Below, in pieces: positions 24,279 through 37,916 of a stretch of DNA of 49,854 nucleotides; position 1 is the first letter of the stretch; the number at the start of each line of letters is the position of its first letter. The notes under the pieces were generated by a model that saw only the letters and a list, made by a program, of their open reading frames with translations, was not told the DNA's origin and searched no databases. The DNA comes from Octopus bimaculoides (taxonomy: Eukaryota): NCBI RefSeq assembly GCF_001194135.2, contig NC_068988.1, forward strand, positions 21,974,639 to 22,024,492, read 5' to 3'. A program made the position numbers and the translations under genes.

Positions 24279-25054
24279 GAGTTTAGAGAAAAATGAAGGA
24301 CCGCTGCAATAACGGTTTGAATCTGTGAGNNNNNNNNNNTAAAATCATAATTAACTGATGCTCTTGTATTTTACCAAAAAAAAAAAAAAAACAAAAAAAA
24401 GAACAAGAACTTTTCAGTACCCCTCGTACAGTGACGTTAGTAAACTGTTGAGTCATGCGAGAAACCATTATGGCAATGTTGAAAATGGTTATTATACTGC
24501 TAAACATTCTGAAGACACCTACGTAATACATCAGTGGATTTGCGTGTCGTTGGAAGCAGCATAGCCGCCTTATTCCAACCTCTTATTTTTACAAACTATG
24601 TATATAAGTTTATTCAATTTGTTCTATAGAAATATTTAGCCCTTTCTCTAATTCTTCTCTCCCATTTTCTCTCGCGTGAATCATCTCTGCTACATCATCA
24701 TCATCATTATTATTATTATTATTATTATTTACTATCTAGCCACACCCCACTCCACATAACTCAACTCGTCTGCATCTTCTTTCTCTGTTATCCCATTCTA
24801 TGTCGATCAATCTCTGCTATTTGATTATTGTTTCGAATTAATGTCATATTACTGTCACGCCTGCAATCTTACAATATGCTGGTAGAGTTATTATTTCCTA
24901 CATGTGGATTTTGGTTGCCCACTACTTAACTTAAAAACGTGAGATTAAGCATCGAGTATTCATCAGAATATTTCTGTATGCTTGAGAGTTTACATTTTAT
25001 TTCCCCAAAATTTGAGGAACTTCTTCTATTATACGTAGCTACGCCTAAGCATAA

Positions 25055-25172
25055 GCGGTGGTGTGGCTGCACGATAAGGATATTGTTTCCCGGAAAAACG
25101 TCTTCTCCAATAGAATCGGGTTGACCAAAGCCTTGTGAGGGCATTAAGTTGACAGAAACTGAAACCCGTCGT
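25055..25172 (+). mobile_element. Old, internally deleted SINE-A fragment
   Basis: GTGTGGCTGC head remnant, then GACCAAAGCCTTGTGAG...GACAGAAACTGAAACCCGTCG, ending in a microsatellite. Confidence 0.7.
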
Positions 25173-25201
25173 GTGTGTATGTATATATGTATGAATGTAT
25201 A

Positions 25202-25252
<51 letters not shown>

Positions 25253-26211
25253 TGGAATATATATATGAATTTAAAAGCATAATAAATGCACAAACGAGAA
25301 ACAGACACAGAAGGTCGCCAACACACCTCATCAGTTATTGGTCAGCGGATCAAATACAATTTCACGCCTTAACGATAATAGTAAATCCCCATCTGGCGGC
25401 GCAGACAGCGAAAACGCCGCTAGGAATTGGTGAGTCAAAAAACAAGACACAAACCAGGCAAGAAATGAATGAACAACTTTGCGATATAGAAAGTCAGCAT
25501 ACAAATGTAGAATAAATATAAGTCAAGACGAGACATTTACTGGACGGACGAGAGACAGGAACGAAAGCAAACGGGACGCCTGTGGGCATACAAAGAAATT
25601 GAAACAAATAAGCAAGCAAAATAAGTCCTTAGGGCCAGACAGGATATGAAATAGTCAAAGCCGGGAGAATATCCTAAAGGATTAGAAGAGAGACAACGAA
25701 AGGTGAACAGAGTGTGAGACGAGAGAAAATGAGACTACTTGTTCGGGCTACCGGTGTTACAAGGAAGGAAATAAGATGACCACGCCCGCACGACCAAACG
25801 CCATCGCGCGCACACGCACACACGCACACACACACATATATATACGTTTGTATTTGTCTATGTTGCATGTATGTATGTATGTATGTATTGCTTGAGATCT
25901 ATTCAGTTTCTTTTCAGCAAAATTCCAGCGTATTTCTAACTGGCAAATCTTGTTTGAGAGATTTGTGAATATGTCAGTGTAGGTACATGTGGCCTGTGTT
26001 CTTTATATGTGTATGCGTGTGCATGTGTGTTCGGCGCGTGCGTGCGTGCGTGTGTGTGTGTGTGTGTGTGTGCGCGCGCAGTTATGTATATATGAGCGAA
26101 TGTACTCGCATTCATGTCTAAGTGTAGATATATTTCTTTAAAAAACGAGCGTGTCTTTTTTTTTCATCATATTTACTTTCGTATGAATGTGTGTATGTAA
26201 AAATGTATATA

Positions 26212-26608
26212 TACTCTTTTACTTGTTTCAGTTATTTGACTGCGGCCATGCTGGAGCACCGTCTTTAGTCGAGCAAATCGACCCCAGGACTTATTCTTTG
26301 TAAGCCTAGTACTTATTCTGTCGGTCTCTTTTTGCCGAACCGCTAAGTTACGGGGACGTAGACACACCAGCATCGGTTGTCAAGCGATGTTGGAGGGACA
26401 AACACAGACACACAAACACACGTATATATATAGATATACATATATTCGACGGGCTTCTTTCAGTTTCCGTCTACCAAATCCACTCACAAGGCTTTGGTCG
26501 GCCCAAGGCTATAGAAGACACTTGCCCAAAGTGCCACGCAATGGGACTGAAACTGGAACCATGTGATTGGTAAGCAAGCTACTTACCACACAGCCACTCC
26601 TGCGCCTA
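26212..26608 (-). mobile_element. Full-length, well-preserved SINE family A
   Basis: Complete reverse complement from TAGGCGCAGGAGTGGCTGTGTGG to AAACAAGTAAAAGAGTA. Confidence 0.95.
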
Positions 26609-28102
26609 TGTATGTATACATGTACGTATGAAATTATGGCGTGTGTATATCTATGATGGTTTGTATACTTTCCGTCTAGGAGATTCAGGTGAAGAATATA
26701 TGAAATGTGTAACTTTTTTCACTGACTCACTAATTGATTGGATTCTGTGGATCTCTGGTATTGTACAGTTACTTACTATTCACTAGGTAATAATAATTGC
26801 TACTAATTTATTACAGTTATAGTATCCGAACGTTGTGTGCTTCTGCATGACTATGAACGGCTTTCTGCAAACTAATTCATTAATCTAGACTGGTTCCATG
26901 TGGCTTTTTAGGTTCAAGATATAATTTCCAACTGCTGCGTCAGACACGACAACTGGAAGAATATAATGTGGTTAGTAACAGGTAAATAGGTGTTTCTTTC
27001 ACAAGTTGTGCATTCTGATGATTCACTGATTCTTGCTACAAAGATACTCATTGTTCTGCCAAACTGATTTCTTAATAAAATATTGACATTTTCTCTATTA
27101 CCCGCTGTTCTCTTTATTTCGTATCACCATTTTCTATATTGTTGTTCTCATATTGTTCTCATTATTTTGGTACGATCTATGTGAATCTTTTCAAACTCAT
27201 TGCATTTCTCATAAACATCAAATCTCCATTTAACCCTTCTTTAAACCCTCTCCTTCTAGTTGTTGAGATCGAACATTCATGCGCTTGAATTATTCCTCAA
27301 CGAAGACTTTATACGCCTATTTGTTTCATGAGATGGTTGCATACAATTGGTTAGTTCTCCATTAAAAAATCTGTTTAGAAATGTTGAAATCATTTCAAGT
27401 CAACCATATTAACTCGATGACCTACCGATTTGATTGTACTTGCTTCGATGCTTACTAACTAAATATTTCCGACACAATAAGATCTGCTGCACGGTTTACA
27501 CGTACTTAGTATTTGGAGTACACAGCGTAAACAAATCAGGTAAAAAAACATGTCTTAAGAACGTTCAGATGTCAATTGTATAGTGGCCATGTTTCGAATG
27601 GATGGAAAAGCTCGATACAAATAAACAATTGGTGGTGGTCGGGAGAATTAGTTGAACAACATTTGAAGCATTTGTTTACTTTTCAAACACTGACCAGGTA
27701 GAATTAATCTTTCGTTTATCCGGTGTGGACAAAATATTTACTAAACTAAAAGTAGTGGAGTCGATAGTATACACAAACGCATTGAAAAGACTGCCACAGA
27801 ATCACCACACTTCTATGAGGGAAGTCAGTAAAGGAATAAAGGAAAGAATTATAATTATACATTAACATGTTAGATGATAAGCTTTGGAATACTAAGGACC
27901 GGACTTTTCAAAATGAATCCAGGATATTTTACTGTATCTAAATACACCATTGTGATAAATAGTTTAACAAATATGTAAAATGCTTTACAGATTTTAAACT
28001 ATTTAACAGGGCATATATATTGTGACTGTTGGAATTTCAGTATGATACCAACTTTCGAAAAATAATGTTGGAGCGAAATGGCTACATAGCATCCCAAGTT
28101 TA

Positions 28103-28418
28103 CACTGGCACTCTGTCGGTTAGGCCGACAAAATTTCCAGTCGATCCGATCAAGGAAACAGCCTGCACGTGAAATTAACGTACAAGTGGCTGAATGGTCC
28201 ACAGACACGCGTACCCTTAACATAGTTCTCAGGAAGATTCAGCATGACACAGAATATGACACGGCTAGACCTTTGAATTACAGGTACAACTCATTTTTGC
28301 CAGTTGAGTGGACAACGTGGACGACGAGAATTAAAGTGCTTTGTGGAAGGACCAACGGGCCACCAGGGATCGAACTCACGACCTTACGATCGGGAGCCAA
28401 ATGTTCGAACCACTAAGC
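28103..28418 (-). mobile_element. Full-length SINE family D
   Basis: Minus strand reads GGCTTAGTGG (box A), GAGTTCGATCCC (box B), then the 3' module shared with family C. Possible 7-bp target-site duplication AAGTTTA at 28096-28102 and 28419-28425. Confidence 0.9.
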
Positions 28419-28449
28419 CTGTGCTTTTAAGTTTATATCTTACGCTTGC

Positions 28450-28610
28450 AGGCCTAGTATATGACGAATGTTGTAATATGGTCGCTTCGCAATCCTAATA
28501 TCCCGGTTTCGTTTCCACTATCGAAATTTTAATGACATTTCTTTATCTATAACATCGGACCTATGCCATACAATGGTAAGTGCGTAGACGGAAACTGTAT
28601 AGATCCTTGT
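28450..28610 (+). mobile_element. Very old SINE-A-like remnant
   Basis: GTAGACGGAAACTG central-domain core, with a weakly alignable upstream head. Confidence 0.45.
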
Positions 28611-28984
28611 TACACTTTGTTACGCTAATTATGACTGAGAATTACATTAAAGTTACATATATCCCTGGATTATATTCAGGAGTTTTGGTTGTTTGTTCGG
28701 TGGAAACCTGACCGAGATCCATATATTAACGATAAAAATTTTCAGCTTTGGCGATACATGCGCACGGAAGTGTATAAACAAACACGAACGTGCGCGCGCA
28801 CAGACACACAAATACATCACATACGTCCCTGCACCCACCTACATGCACACAGACGTACACAGATACACATACAAGTATACATGTATGTATAAATAATACA
28901 GAATGGGACAAGGACGCAAATATATATATATGTATATATGCATGCATACTAATAGACACGCTCGCGCGCGCACACACTCACAGA

Positions 28985-29060
28985 TATTGCGCGCACACGC
29001 GACTATTACGCATACACGCGACTATTGCGCACACACGCGACTATTGCGCACACACACATA
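28985..29060. repeat. CpG-rich minisatellite, 19-bp unit TATTGCGCACACACGCGAC x4
   Basis: Units start at 28985, 29004, 29023 and 29042. Confidence 0.92.
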
Positions 29061-29206
29061 CACACACATACACCCCCAGCACACACGAACACACACACAC
29101 ACACACACACACATACACACACACACATATATATCAAATAAATTCTACTTGCCAAGGACTGTTACAGAATATTTCTCTTCGAGATATTTAGAAATATTAA
29201 TGTTTC

Positions 29207-29269
<63 letters not shown>

Positions 29270-29318
29270 GTCTATCTATCTATCTATCTCTCTCTATCTA
29301 TGTATATATATATATATA
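29207..29318. repeat. (CTAT)n-(CT)n-(TA)n microsatellite running into a gap
   Basis: Read directly from the sequence. Confidence 0.96.
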
Positions 29319-30606
29319 NNNNNNNNNNNNNNNNNNNNNNNNNNNNNNNNNNNNNNNNNNNNNNNNNNNNNNNNNNNNNNNNNNNNNNNNNNNNNNNNNN
29401 NNNNNNNNNNNNNNNNNNNNNNNNNNNNNNNNNNNNNNNNNNNNNNNNNNNNNNNNNNNNNNNNNNNNNNNNNNNNNNNNNNNNNNNNNNNNNNNNNNNN
29501 NNNNNNNNNNNNNNNNNNNNNNNNNNNNNNNNNNNNNNNNNNNNNNNNNNNNNNNNNNNNNNNNNNNNNNNNNNNNNNNNNNNNNNNNNNNNNNNNNNNN
29601 NNNNNNNNNNNNNNNNNNNNNNNNNNNNNNNNNNNNNNNNNNNNNNNNNNNNNNNNNNNNNNNNNNNNNNNNNNNNNNNNNNNNNNNNNNNNNNNNNNNN
29701 NNNNNNNNNNNNNNNNNNNNNNNNNNNNNNNNNNNNNNNNNNNNNNNNNNNNNNNNNNNNNNNNNNNNNNNNNNNNNNNNNNNNNNNNNNNNNNNNNNNN
29801 NNNNNNNNNNNNNNNNNNNNNNNNNNNNNNNNNNNNNNNNNNNNNNNNNNNNNNNNNNNNNNNNNNNNNNNNNNNNNNNNNNNNNNNNNNNNNNNNNNNN
29901 NNNNNNNNNNNNNNNNATATATATATATATATATATATATAAATATATAAGTATATATAGATATCCATATATAGGTAGACAGGTATAGATATATACATAC
30001 ATCCATACACACACACATACACGATCGATATAAATGTATATGCATGTATGTATACACATGTGTGTATATCTACATGTGCATGTATATAAAAACATATACA
30101 CGTACGAAATTCACTCAATAAATATGCATTATAGTTGCTCACAATGGTTCCGCGTCTCCACGTAAGCTTTATAATATTGTTGGCAAACTTCTCCCAAGGG
30201 AGACCACTGTGTTGCCGAAACCGCGACTAAGTTTTCAATGATTAGAGCATTCAACAGAATCATCTAAACACTAGAGAGAAGTTATTGTTAATGTGGTTTC
30301 TACCGTAACAATCATTTTTGATGGGGTATTTTTAGTGTTAGTTAACCTGTCGGAATCGGCATGAAAACTGACCATTATTTACAAGAGGAATTAGCATAGG
30401 GAGATTACATGACAGCTGTACACTTGCATGTTGTCGAAGATAAAAGTAGTTCCAGTTAGTAATGGAGACGTTAGATCGGAGATATAATTTGTATACACTC
30501 AGCGTTCGTGTTGAATTGATCAATACATATTCTTCTACATGCCAATGCATATGCATACATGTATATACATGTATATGTATATATATATATATTTGTACTT
30601 ATGTAA

Positions 30607-30644
<38 letters not shown>

Positions 30645-31011
30645 NNNNNNNNNNNNNNNNNNNNNNNNNNNNNNNNNNNNNNNNNNNNNNNNNNNNNNNN
30701 NNNNNNNNNNNNNNNNNNNNNNNNNNNNNNNNNNNNNNNNNNNNNNNNNNNNNNNNNNNNNNNNNNNNNNNNNNNNNNNNNNNNNNNNNNNNNNNNNNNN
30801 NNNNNNNNNNNNNNNNNNNNNNNNNNNNNNNNNNNNNNNNNNNNNNNNNNNNNNNNNNNNNNNNNNNNNNNNNNNNNNNNNNNNNNNNNNNNNNNNNNNN
30901 NNNNNNNNNNNNNNNNNNNNNNNNNNNNNNNNNNNNNNNNNNNNNNNNNNNNNNNNNNNNNNNNNNNNNNNNNNNNNNNNNNNNNNNNNNNNNNNNNNNN
31001 ATATATATATG

Positions 31012-31046
<35 letters not shown>

Positions 31047-31063
31047 GTGTGTATATATATATG

Positions 31064-31095
<32 letters not shown>

Positions 31096-33913
31096 TGTGT
31101 GTTTGTGTGCGTGTGTGTTTATATATGACGACGTACATTACTGACATGCACACACACATAGGTCATATCAGGTGGCCCTGAGTATGTCTGGTGACATGTA
31201 ATCATTAGAGCCTGTTACATAGTCAATGCATCAGTGTCTAATATACTGCGTTCATAAATCTCGCCTGATGAAAGGCGCTCCTAGAAACGCATGAGCCAAA
31301 TGTAATACCTATCAAAATTCATGATGAACACAAAACAAAGATGATGATATTTGTGGTAAGATGACAAGCTCAGCTTGTTTAAAGACTGCTCTCTAAGATG
31401 GAAATTGTTGTTTTAACGACGTTGAAATCTCGTCCATGGCAGTTAGGTTGTATATCGTCACGTGGTTATTACGTTTTTCTCTTGAGTTTTCTAGTTCTTG
31501 TTTTCGATTAGCTGAAAGTCATATTAGACTGACGGCATCAAAGATGGTTTCAATGATGATATGAACTTCGATGATAAGAGAGAAGGGTTTCAACGTGCTT
31601 GGTTTTTGCACACCGGCTCTTAACTGTATTATGTCATTCTGTGTTTGGCATGAACAAAAACATGGATTCGACCACAATGCCAGTAGCTCGCCAGCTACCG
31701 GCAATTTTTTAACGGGTCATGCAAATACGTAGAGGCTTTCACGCGGTTTTCTCGGACATAATAATAGAAGAAAGATAACCAAAGACTTTTGATTGGGCAT
31801 ATCAGGACTTTACGCTTACACAAAAACTACTGGTGCAATTCTTCGGGAAAAACAATGGTATTATTAAGGTTGTGCATTTGATTTGTAAAGAATTTAGTTC
31901 CGATTAAGAGAAATGTGATTGTGTAGCATTTAATATTTATACTGTTTTCAAAATGAATTGGTGATGTAAATGGCTTCAACCAGATTAAAAATCGCGGATC
32001 TGCTCCGAAATAGTTGGAGAACGGCATAATTGTGGTACTTTGGAGGACTCGGTACCAAAAAAGTACAGAGTAATATTTTTTAATAAAAAGTGGCCTGGGG
32101 ACGGAGTGGAGGAAGGAAGGGAGAAAGATGATGAAAAGGAAGAAAAATACGATAAACGAAAACAAAGAAAACAGAGAAGAAAAGAAGGAAAACATTGGCC
32201 TTAGCAGTTTAAGTAGGAAATTCATAAAATAAAGGGCGTGTGGGTAGACGAGCACCTCCTTTGACGATATGTATGTGATTGAATACATTCAGTGTAAATC
32301 AGTTTGGTTTAAAGATTAAAGATAACATTGCACTTGGCTGGTTGAGGTCAGCGAAGAAACATTCAGATGTTATTGAATATATGAACAGCTGGGATATTCG
32401 GCAGGAAATAAGGTGAAAGTATTTAGTTTTTTTATAACTAGAAATTCCGTTGTGTACTTTTGATTTTGACGGTATTTCTGGTGTATATACATACGTACAT
32501 ACATACATACATACATACATACATACACATATGTTCACATATATGCATATACATGCCTACGTAAATAGTTATATATGTATCTGTATATATGTTTCTACAC
32601 ACACACGCGCGCATGCAGACACTCATATATATATATATATATANNNNNNNNNNATATGTATATATATGGGTATAAATGAGGTTATGTGAAAGAGCGGTAT
32701 TGTTGGTGTATGGTACTCGTTAATCTCGGTTAAATCTACATTATGACACAGAAAAGAAAGACCAACAATAACAACAGAAACAACAACAACATCAAGTAAC
32801 TTTGCGTTTCTTTAAGGACTAATAATAATTAAATCTGCAAAATTTTAGCAATAATTTATGGGTTAGCTGAAATTAGAGCGTGGGAATTTAAAACAGGCTA
32901 TTGCGGGGCCTGTATGAAGAATGATAAAAAAAAAAGAAGACCTAAAATGAAGTGTGTTCCAATGAAGGAAAACTCAATGAAGAGAATAAGAGAGTGTTGT
33001 TCGCTTGAAGCATTGTAGCACCAACGAACGAAAAGAAAAGGCAAAATAATGCCCATCCTCAGCATGAAGCCGTTCGGGAAATGTCCAGTTATACTGATTC
33101 CGTTACCTTATTCAAACGCTTCGGCATTAAGTTAGCAGCAACTGCTTCCTTCTCACGATGGCCTTTGCACCTGAATTTATAAAGATTTTTGTTTAAGCTT
33201 TCTACATTGTTAGAAACTTACCTATTTTGAATTTCTTTAACAATTCACAAAAATGACTTTTATTACCTTTATTCCTACCTCAGTTCATCTAATTGTATAT
33301 ATCTATCGTTACTTTTCATAAAAAGCCTTTAGTTTTTTTTTATTTCCAATGTGCATTTTCGCTTGTTTTTCTTCTTATTTTCCCCTTACATTCCCACGTG
33401 TAGTTTCTTTTTGTTTTTGTAACATATNNNNNNNNNNNNNNNNNNNNNNNNNNNNNNNNNNNNNNNNNNNNNNNNNNNNNNNNNNNNNNNNNNNNNNNNN
33501 NNNNNNNNNNNNNNNNNNNNNNNNNNNNNNNNNNNNNNNNNNNNNNNNNNNNNNNNNNNNNNNNNNNNNNNNNNNNNNNNNNNNNNNNNNNNNNNNNNNN
33601 NNNNNNNNNNNNNNNNNNNNNNNNNNNNNNNNNNNNNNNNNNNNNNNNNNNNNNNNNNNNNNNNNNNNNNNNNNNNNNNNNNNNNNNNNNNNNNNNNNNN
33701 NNNNNNNNNNNNNNNNNNNNNNNNNNNNNNNNNNNNNNNNNNNNNNNNNNNNNNNNNNNNNNNNNNNNNNNNNNNNNNNNNNNNNNNNNNNNNNNNNNNN
33801 NNNNNNNNNNNNNNNNNNNNNNNNNNNNNNNNNNNNNNNNNNNNNNNNNNNNNNNNNNNNNNNNNNNNNNNNNNNNNNNNNNNNNNNNNNNNNNNNNNNN
33901 NNNNNNNNNNNNN

Positions 33914-33946
<33 letters not shown>

Positions 33947-36789
33947 TGTGTGTGTCTCTGTGTGTATGTATGTATATGCGTATCTATATAAGTATGAATC
34001 TATGTATGCGTGTTTATTATTGCATACTCGGATAATTAAGATCCTGTATATTTAATGGCAGTCCCTTCGAAATAGTATATGTATGTGTGTCTGTGTATGA
34101 GTGTCCGTTTCTCTGTGAGTATGCGTGCGTATATGTATGTATGTATGTATGTATGAAGACACTATGCTATGGCAGAAAATACCTTATAAATTACACACGC
34201 TAACACGTTGTAATATGACCCACCAGAAATTCATGTTGTGTTGCATCATACAAAGGACAAGAGACAAAACGAAAACATCTTCAACATAAATTCCCTCTAC
34301 ACGATATTTTCATCACTTTCACTTAAATGCTGTATCATTAAATCCTAATGAGTTGAATTAAACTGAACAATTATAAGAAATAATTGTTTTAAGCACTAAC
34401 ATTATTATTTTAGGAAAGACATTTCATTTGAAGAGAGAATTTAAGACCACTTACAATGAAATTTAAATAGAATGCAATAACTACCATCATATCATTAAGT
34501 GACATAGGTAAAAAAACAAAAGAACAAAAAGAAAATAAAACAAAAAAAACAGTCAATCAAAGGAAGGAGGCTCTTCGTCGGACTTTGACATGCTAGAAAT
34601 AGCTGTCAGTCTTCCGAATGCTTGTAGTAGTGGATCCCCGTCGTTTGCCCGTTTGACAATGAAGATTCTTCCTGAATTAGTGCATTCGCGGCTGAGCGTT
34701 CTACATAAGCATGTTTCCGTAACATAATTGTGAGACAGTATCAGTGTGATTCCGGATGTGACTAGAATGTACCTTTTTAATTACAGATACAATCCAGAAA
34801 ACGGTGTCCTCACGAGGCTACAGAAAATTAGAGTTGCCGCATTGCAAACGATCGTCCGTTTCTGCGATACATTCGGTCTCATGTTGAAATGAGGTAAGTC
34901 AAAATCATCTGCTCATAACTACACTTTTCTTTTCTTCTACTTCTTATATTTTCTCTCACCTTAAATACTCTCAGTGTATTATTTAGTCTACCTTCCCTGA
35001 CAAGATATTAAATCTGAAAATAAATCGTTCCTGAATCATATTTCTCATCTCAAATGTGAACACTGATATTTTAAACTAAACAATAATATTATTCACGTGG
35101 TGTCTCCTAGCAGATATGTCATACAATGGTATATAATTTCTTCAAATTTCATAGAAATCGAAATTTGAATTTTAGAAATAAGAAAAATGCGTAAAATACA
35201 CATATTTATTTATTTTATTTGTGCATACTTATTATGAAGTTCTTAAATTTTTTAGGCAGTAATAAGTAATAATCATGTACAGCAATAATTCATTTCATTC
35301 TTTTTAGAAATCTTCTGCATAATATAGCCTGAGGCATATAAATTAAGCATTTTATGAAGAAGAACATTTTTATAGACGGAAAGTAATAATATATATATAT
35401 TTTCCATATATAAAGTATATTGATATATATAGAAATGATTGTATTTACGTTATTACATTAGAGTACCTCAACAAGGACGCTTTAGTTTCTAAAAATAGCA
35501 GTCAAGTTTCACTCAAACAAAACCCTACCCTGTTTTAAAGAAGAGGCACAGAAAATATTTCACATTATACATGTGAAATATTAAGTTCACTAGGTGCCAC
35601 TTTAGGAACGCTTTTGACCAAAAGTGTCCTAAATTAGAAATTTGTTTTAAATACATTTTTGTCTATATTCCATATTTAGTTTCTAGAGTAGTGGTATCAG
35701 AAAGTTATGAGCAAGATCTTCGACCCTTAAACGATGATGGAAATACAATATGGTATTTGGTATAATTTGAACAGTGATTACTGTGGGTAAGTCAGAAACC
35801 TAGTCACCGCGCCTTAGTTACTGTACACATTGAATACCATCGTATGCTATGGATAAAGGAGAATATAAACGTTTCGATTAAATATTTTGTTCGGAGACAC
35901 TATTTTAAAAACTTTATTTTTCTCTCATACAACAGGCTTTACTCGAAATATCAATATTTTCGTCTCTTCATGTACGAAAACTTACAGAAATGTGAAAATT
36001 GTATTTATCAGTCAGCCCACAGGAAAATGTCTACCGATAGTTATGCATTTGTTTGTTATCAAGGGAATGTGGATCACAACATAATTATATTTTAAGTTTG
36101 CATAGAGGATTACAACAGTATACCTGGCGGATGGCAGTGAGTTTGTAAATGAATTTGATTTGTTTAATGTTGGTTGATAGCAGAAATGTGAATAGAAAAT
36201 ATTTTCAGAAGCTAGCACTTCCTAGGTTCAAGAATAGTATCAGTTTTTATAGTATTGGTTGTGTAACATATTTATTGAAACGAAAGCAACTGAAGCTATT
36301 GTATAGATATAGATTTAGGTAAAATTGACATCTTCGCAGTTTGCTATTCCGTATTCTAAAAGGGTAAACTATACAATATGTTAGAGATTGAAATATGTTG
36401 TCGAGTAACAATTCGCCCACCAGAAAGCTTCCTCCTAAATGCTGTCTAAAATGTATGTAGGTATGTATACATGGATGTGTGTATATATGTGTGTGTATGT
36501 GAATGTATGTATGTATTTGTGTATGTATGTATGTTTGTATGGTTTACAATGTTTGCAGTCGTGTATACTTGTCAAAAGAATGGCTCTTTAGCAACCAACG
36601 GAGCCGCAAATGCAAAATATATGTTAGTCCTAGAGCGCATAATGTTCCTAAAGGTCAGCAATGCTCTTCCTCGGTCCGGAGTGGACGACCATCATGTATG
36701 TATGTATGTATGTATGTATGGATGGATGGATGGAAAGTTGGATAGTTATATATGTGAGCATGCATCCGTGTATACATTGTCCAGTATCC

Positions 36790-37012
36790 TTTGTTCAAAT
36801 TTCGCTGAAGTCAAATTTGACTTTCATCGAGGTCGATGTAAAGTGTACCAATCCACGGCGGTGTATGTATGGCAGAACTGGCAGATCTATTAGGGACGTT
36901 GGATACAATGCTTCACTGTATGTTACTGAGGCTCTACACAATCAGTTCAAATCCCGCCGAAGTCAAATTTACCTTTCCTTCCTTTGGAGTCGATTTAAAA
37001 TTATGAATCCAG
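36790..37012 (+). mobile_element. Two old SINE-B fragments in tandem (about 36790-36852 and 36868-37012)
   Basis: GTTCAAATTTCGCTGAAGTCAAATTTG and GTTCAAATCCCGCCGAAGTCAAATTTACC both match the family-B box-B region. Confidence 0.65.
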
Positions 37013-37022
37013 AGGGGTAGAT

Positions 37023-37090
37023 TATATTCTTTTATTTTTCTACTTGTTTCTGTCATTTGACTGTGGCCATGTTGAAGCACCGCCATAGGT
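37023..37090 (-). mobile_element. SINE-A extreme 3' tail fragment
   Basis: TACTTGTTTCTGTCATTTGACTGTGGCCATGTTGAAGCACCGCC matches the family-A tail. Confidence 0.85.
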
Positions 37091-37916
37091 GAACTATTAG
37101 AAAGCTGAACAAGGTGCTTTGCTGTATCTATTTCATTTCTTTGCACTCTGACAGCAAAGCCTGCTGCAACTTACTGCATAGGCTCGTGTCAGTGGACTTT
37201 GTTTAGAGGATTCATAGGCAACGGTTCTGCATAAGCTCAGTCAACTCGACCGAAGAAATTACTGTCAAGTTGGCGTTCTACTGGAAATCAAGAAGAGTAG
37301 AAGGTGAATCCGATTTGCTTGGCGTCTTTGAAACCAATGAAAACATTTTGTGTGTTTTGATCTGGCTATGAAATTCAGGCGTACTTTATAGTGTATCTCG
37401 CTGACCCTTCAAAACGATGATTCAGCATGGCTGCATTGCAATAAATGAATGAATTAAGAGTACACAAGAAGGTAAAATGTATATAAGATTGTTTATATAC
37501 ATGTGCGTGTGTACGTTTGTATGTATGTATGTATGTATGTATGTATGTATGTATGTACGTATGTATACAAAAAAGATTCTCGTTGTTTTTGACAAAGCCT
37601 GCTGAAGCAGCTCTTCCAAGAGAAAGGTAATCAGACATAAAACTTGTTAAAAGAGCAACAGTCATCTTGTAATGCTTATCACTGGAACCTATTATGGCGA
37701 CCGAGAGAATGGCAAAGGCGTTGTACAACCCTTTGTCACATTAATCCAATGACGTGCAGATGTCTCACTATTCGTTTCATTTCTTGATCCTTTCCGTATT
37801 TTACAAAAACCAATGGCGATGGATGCACAGCGTGAAACGTCATATACGCGTACATACAGGGATGAAAGAAAGTCAGAAAAATCAGGCAGAATGTGAGATG
37901 CCTATCAGCCGACAAG

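Noticed and set aside
24159-29060. CRISPR-like array in the 22-bp and 19-bp repeats
   Set aside because: Units are contiguous without unique spacers, there are no cas genes, and the context is eukaryotic.
31827-32288. 153-aa hydrophobic minus-strand ORF
   Set aside because: Its Phe/Leu/Ser content comes from a purine-rich low-complexity tract on the plus strand; no domain is recognisable.
35678-35786. Exon candidate ending GG|GTAAGTC
   Set aside because: The acceptor is ambiguous and all frames stop within the segment.
35840-36090. Second Penelope-like remnant (FTRNINIFVSSCTK, PTGKCL)
   Set aside because: Only two short partial motif matches; needs BLASTX or an HMM search.
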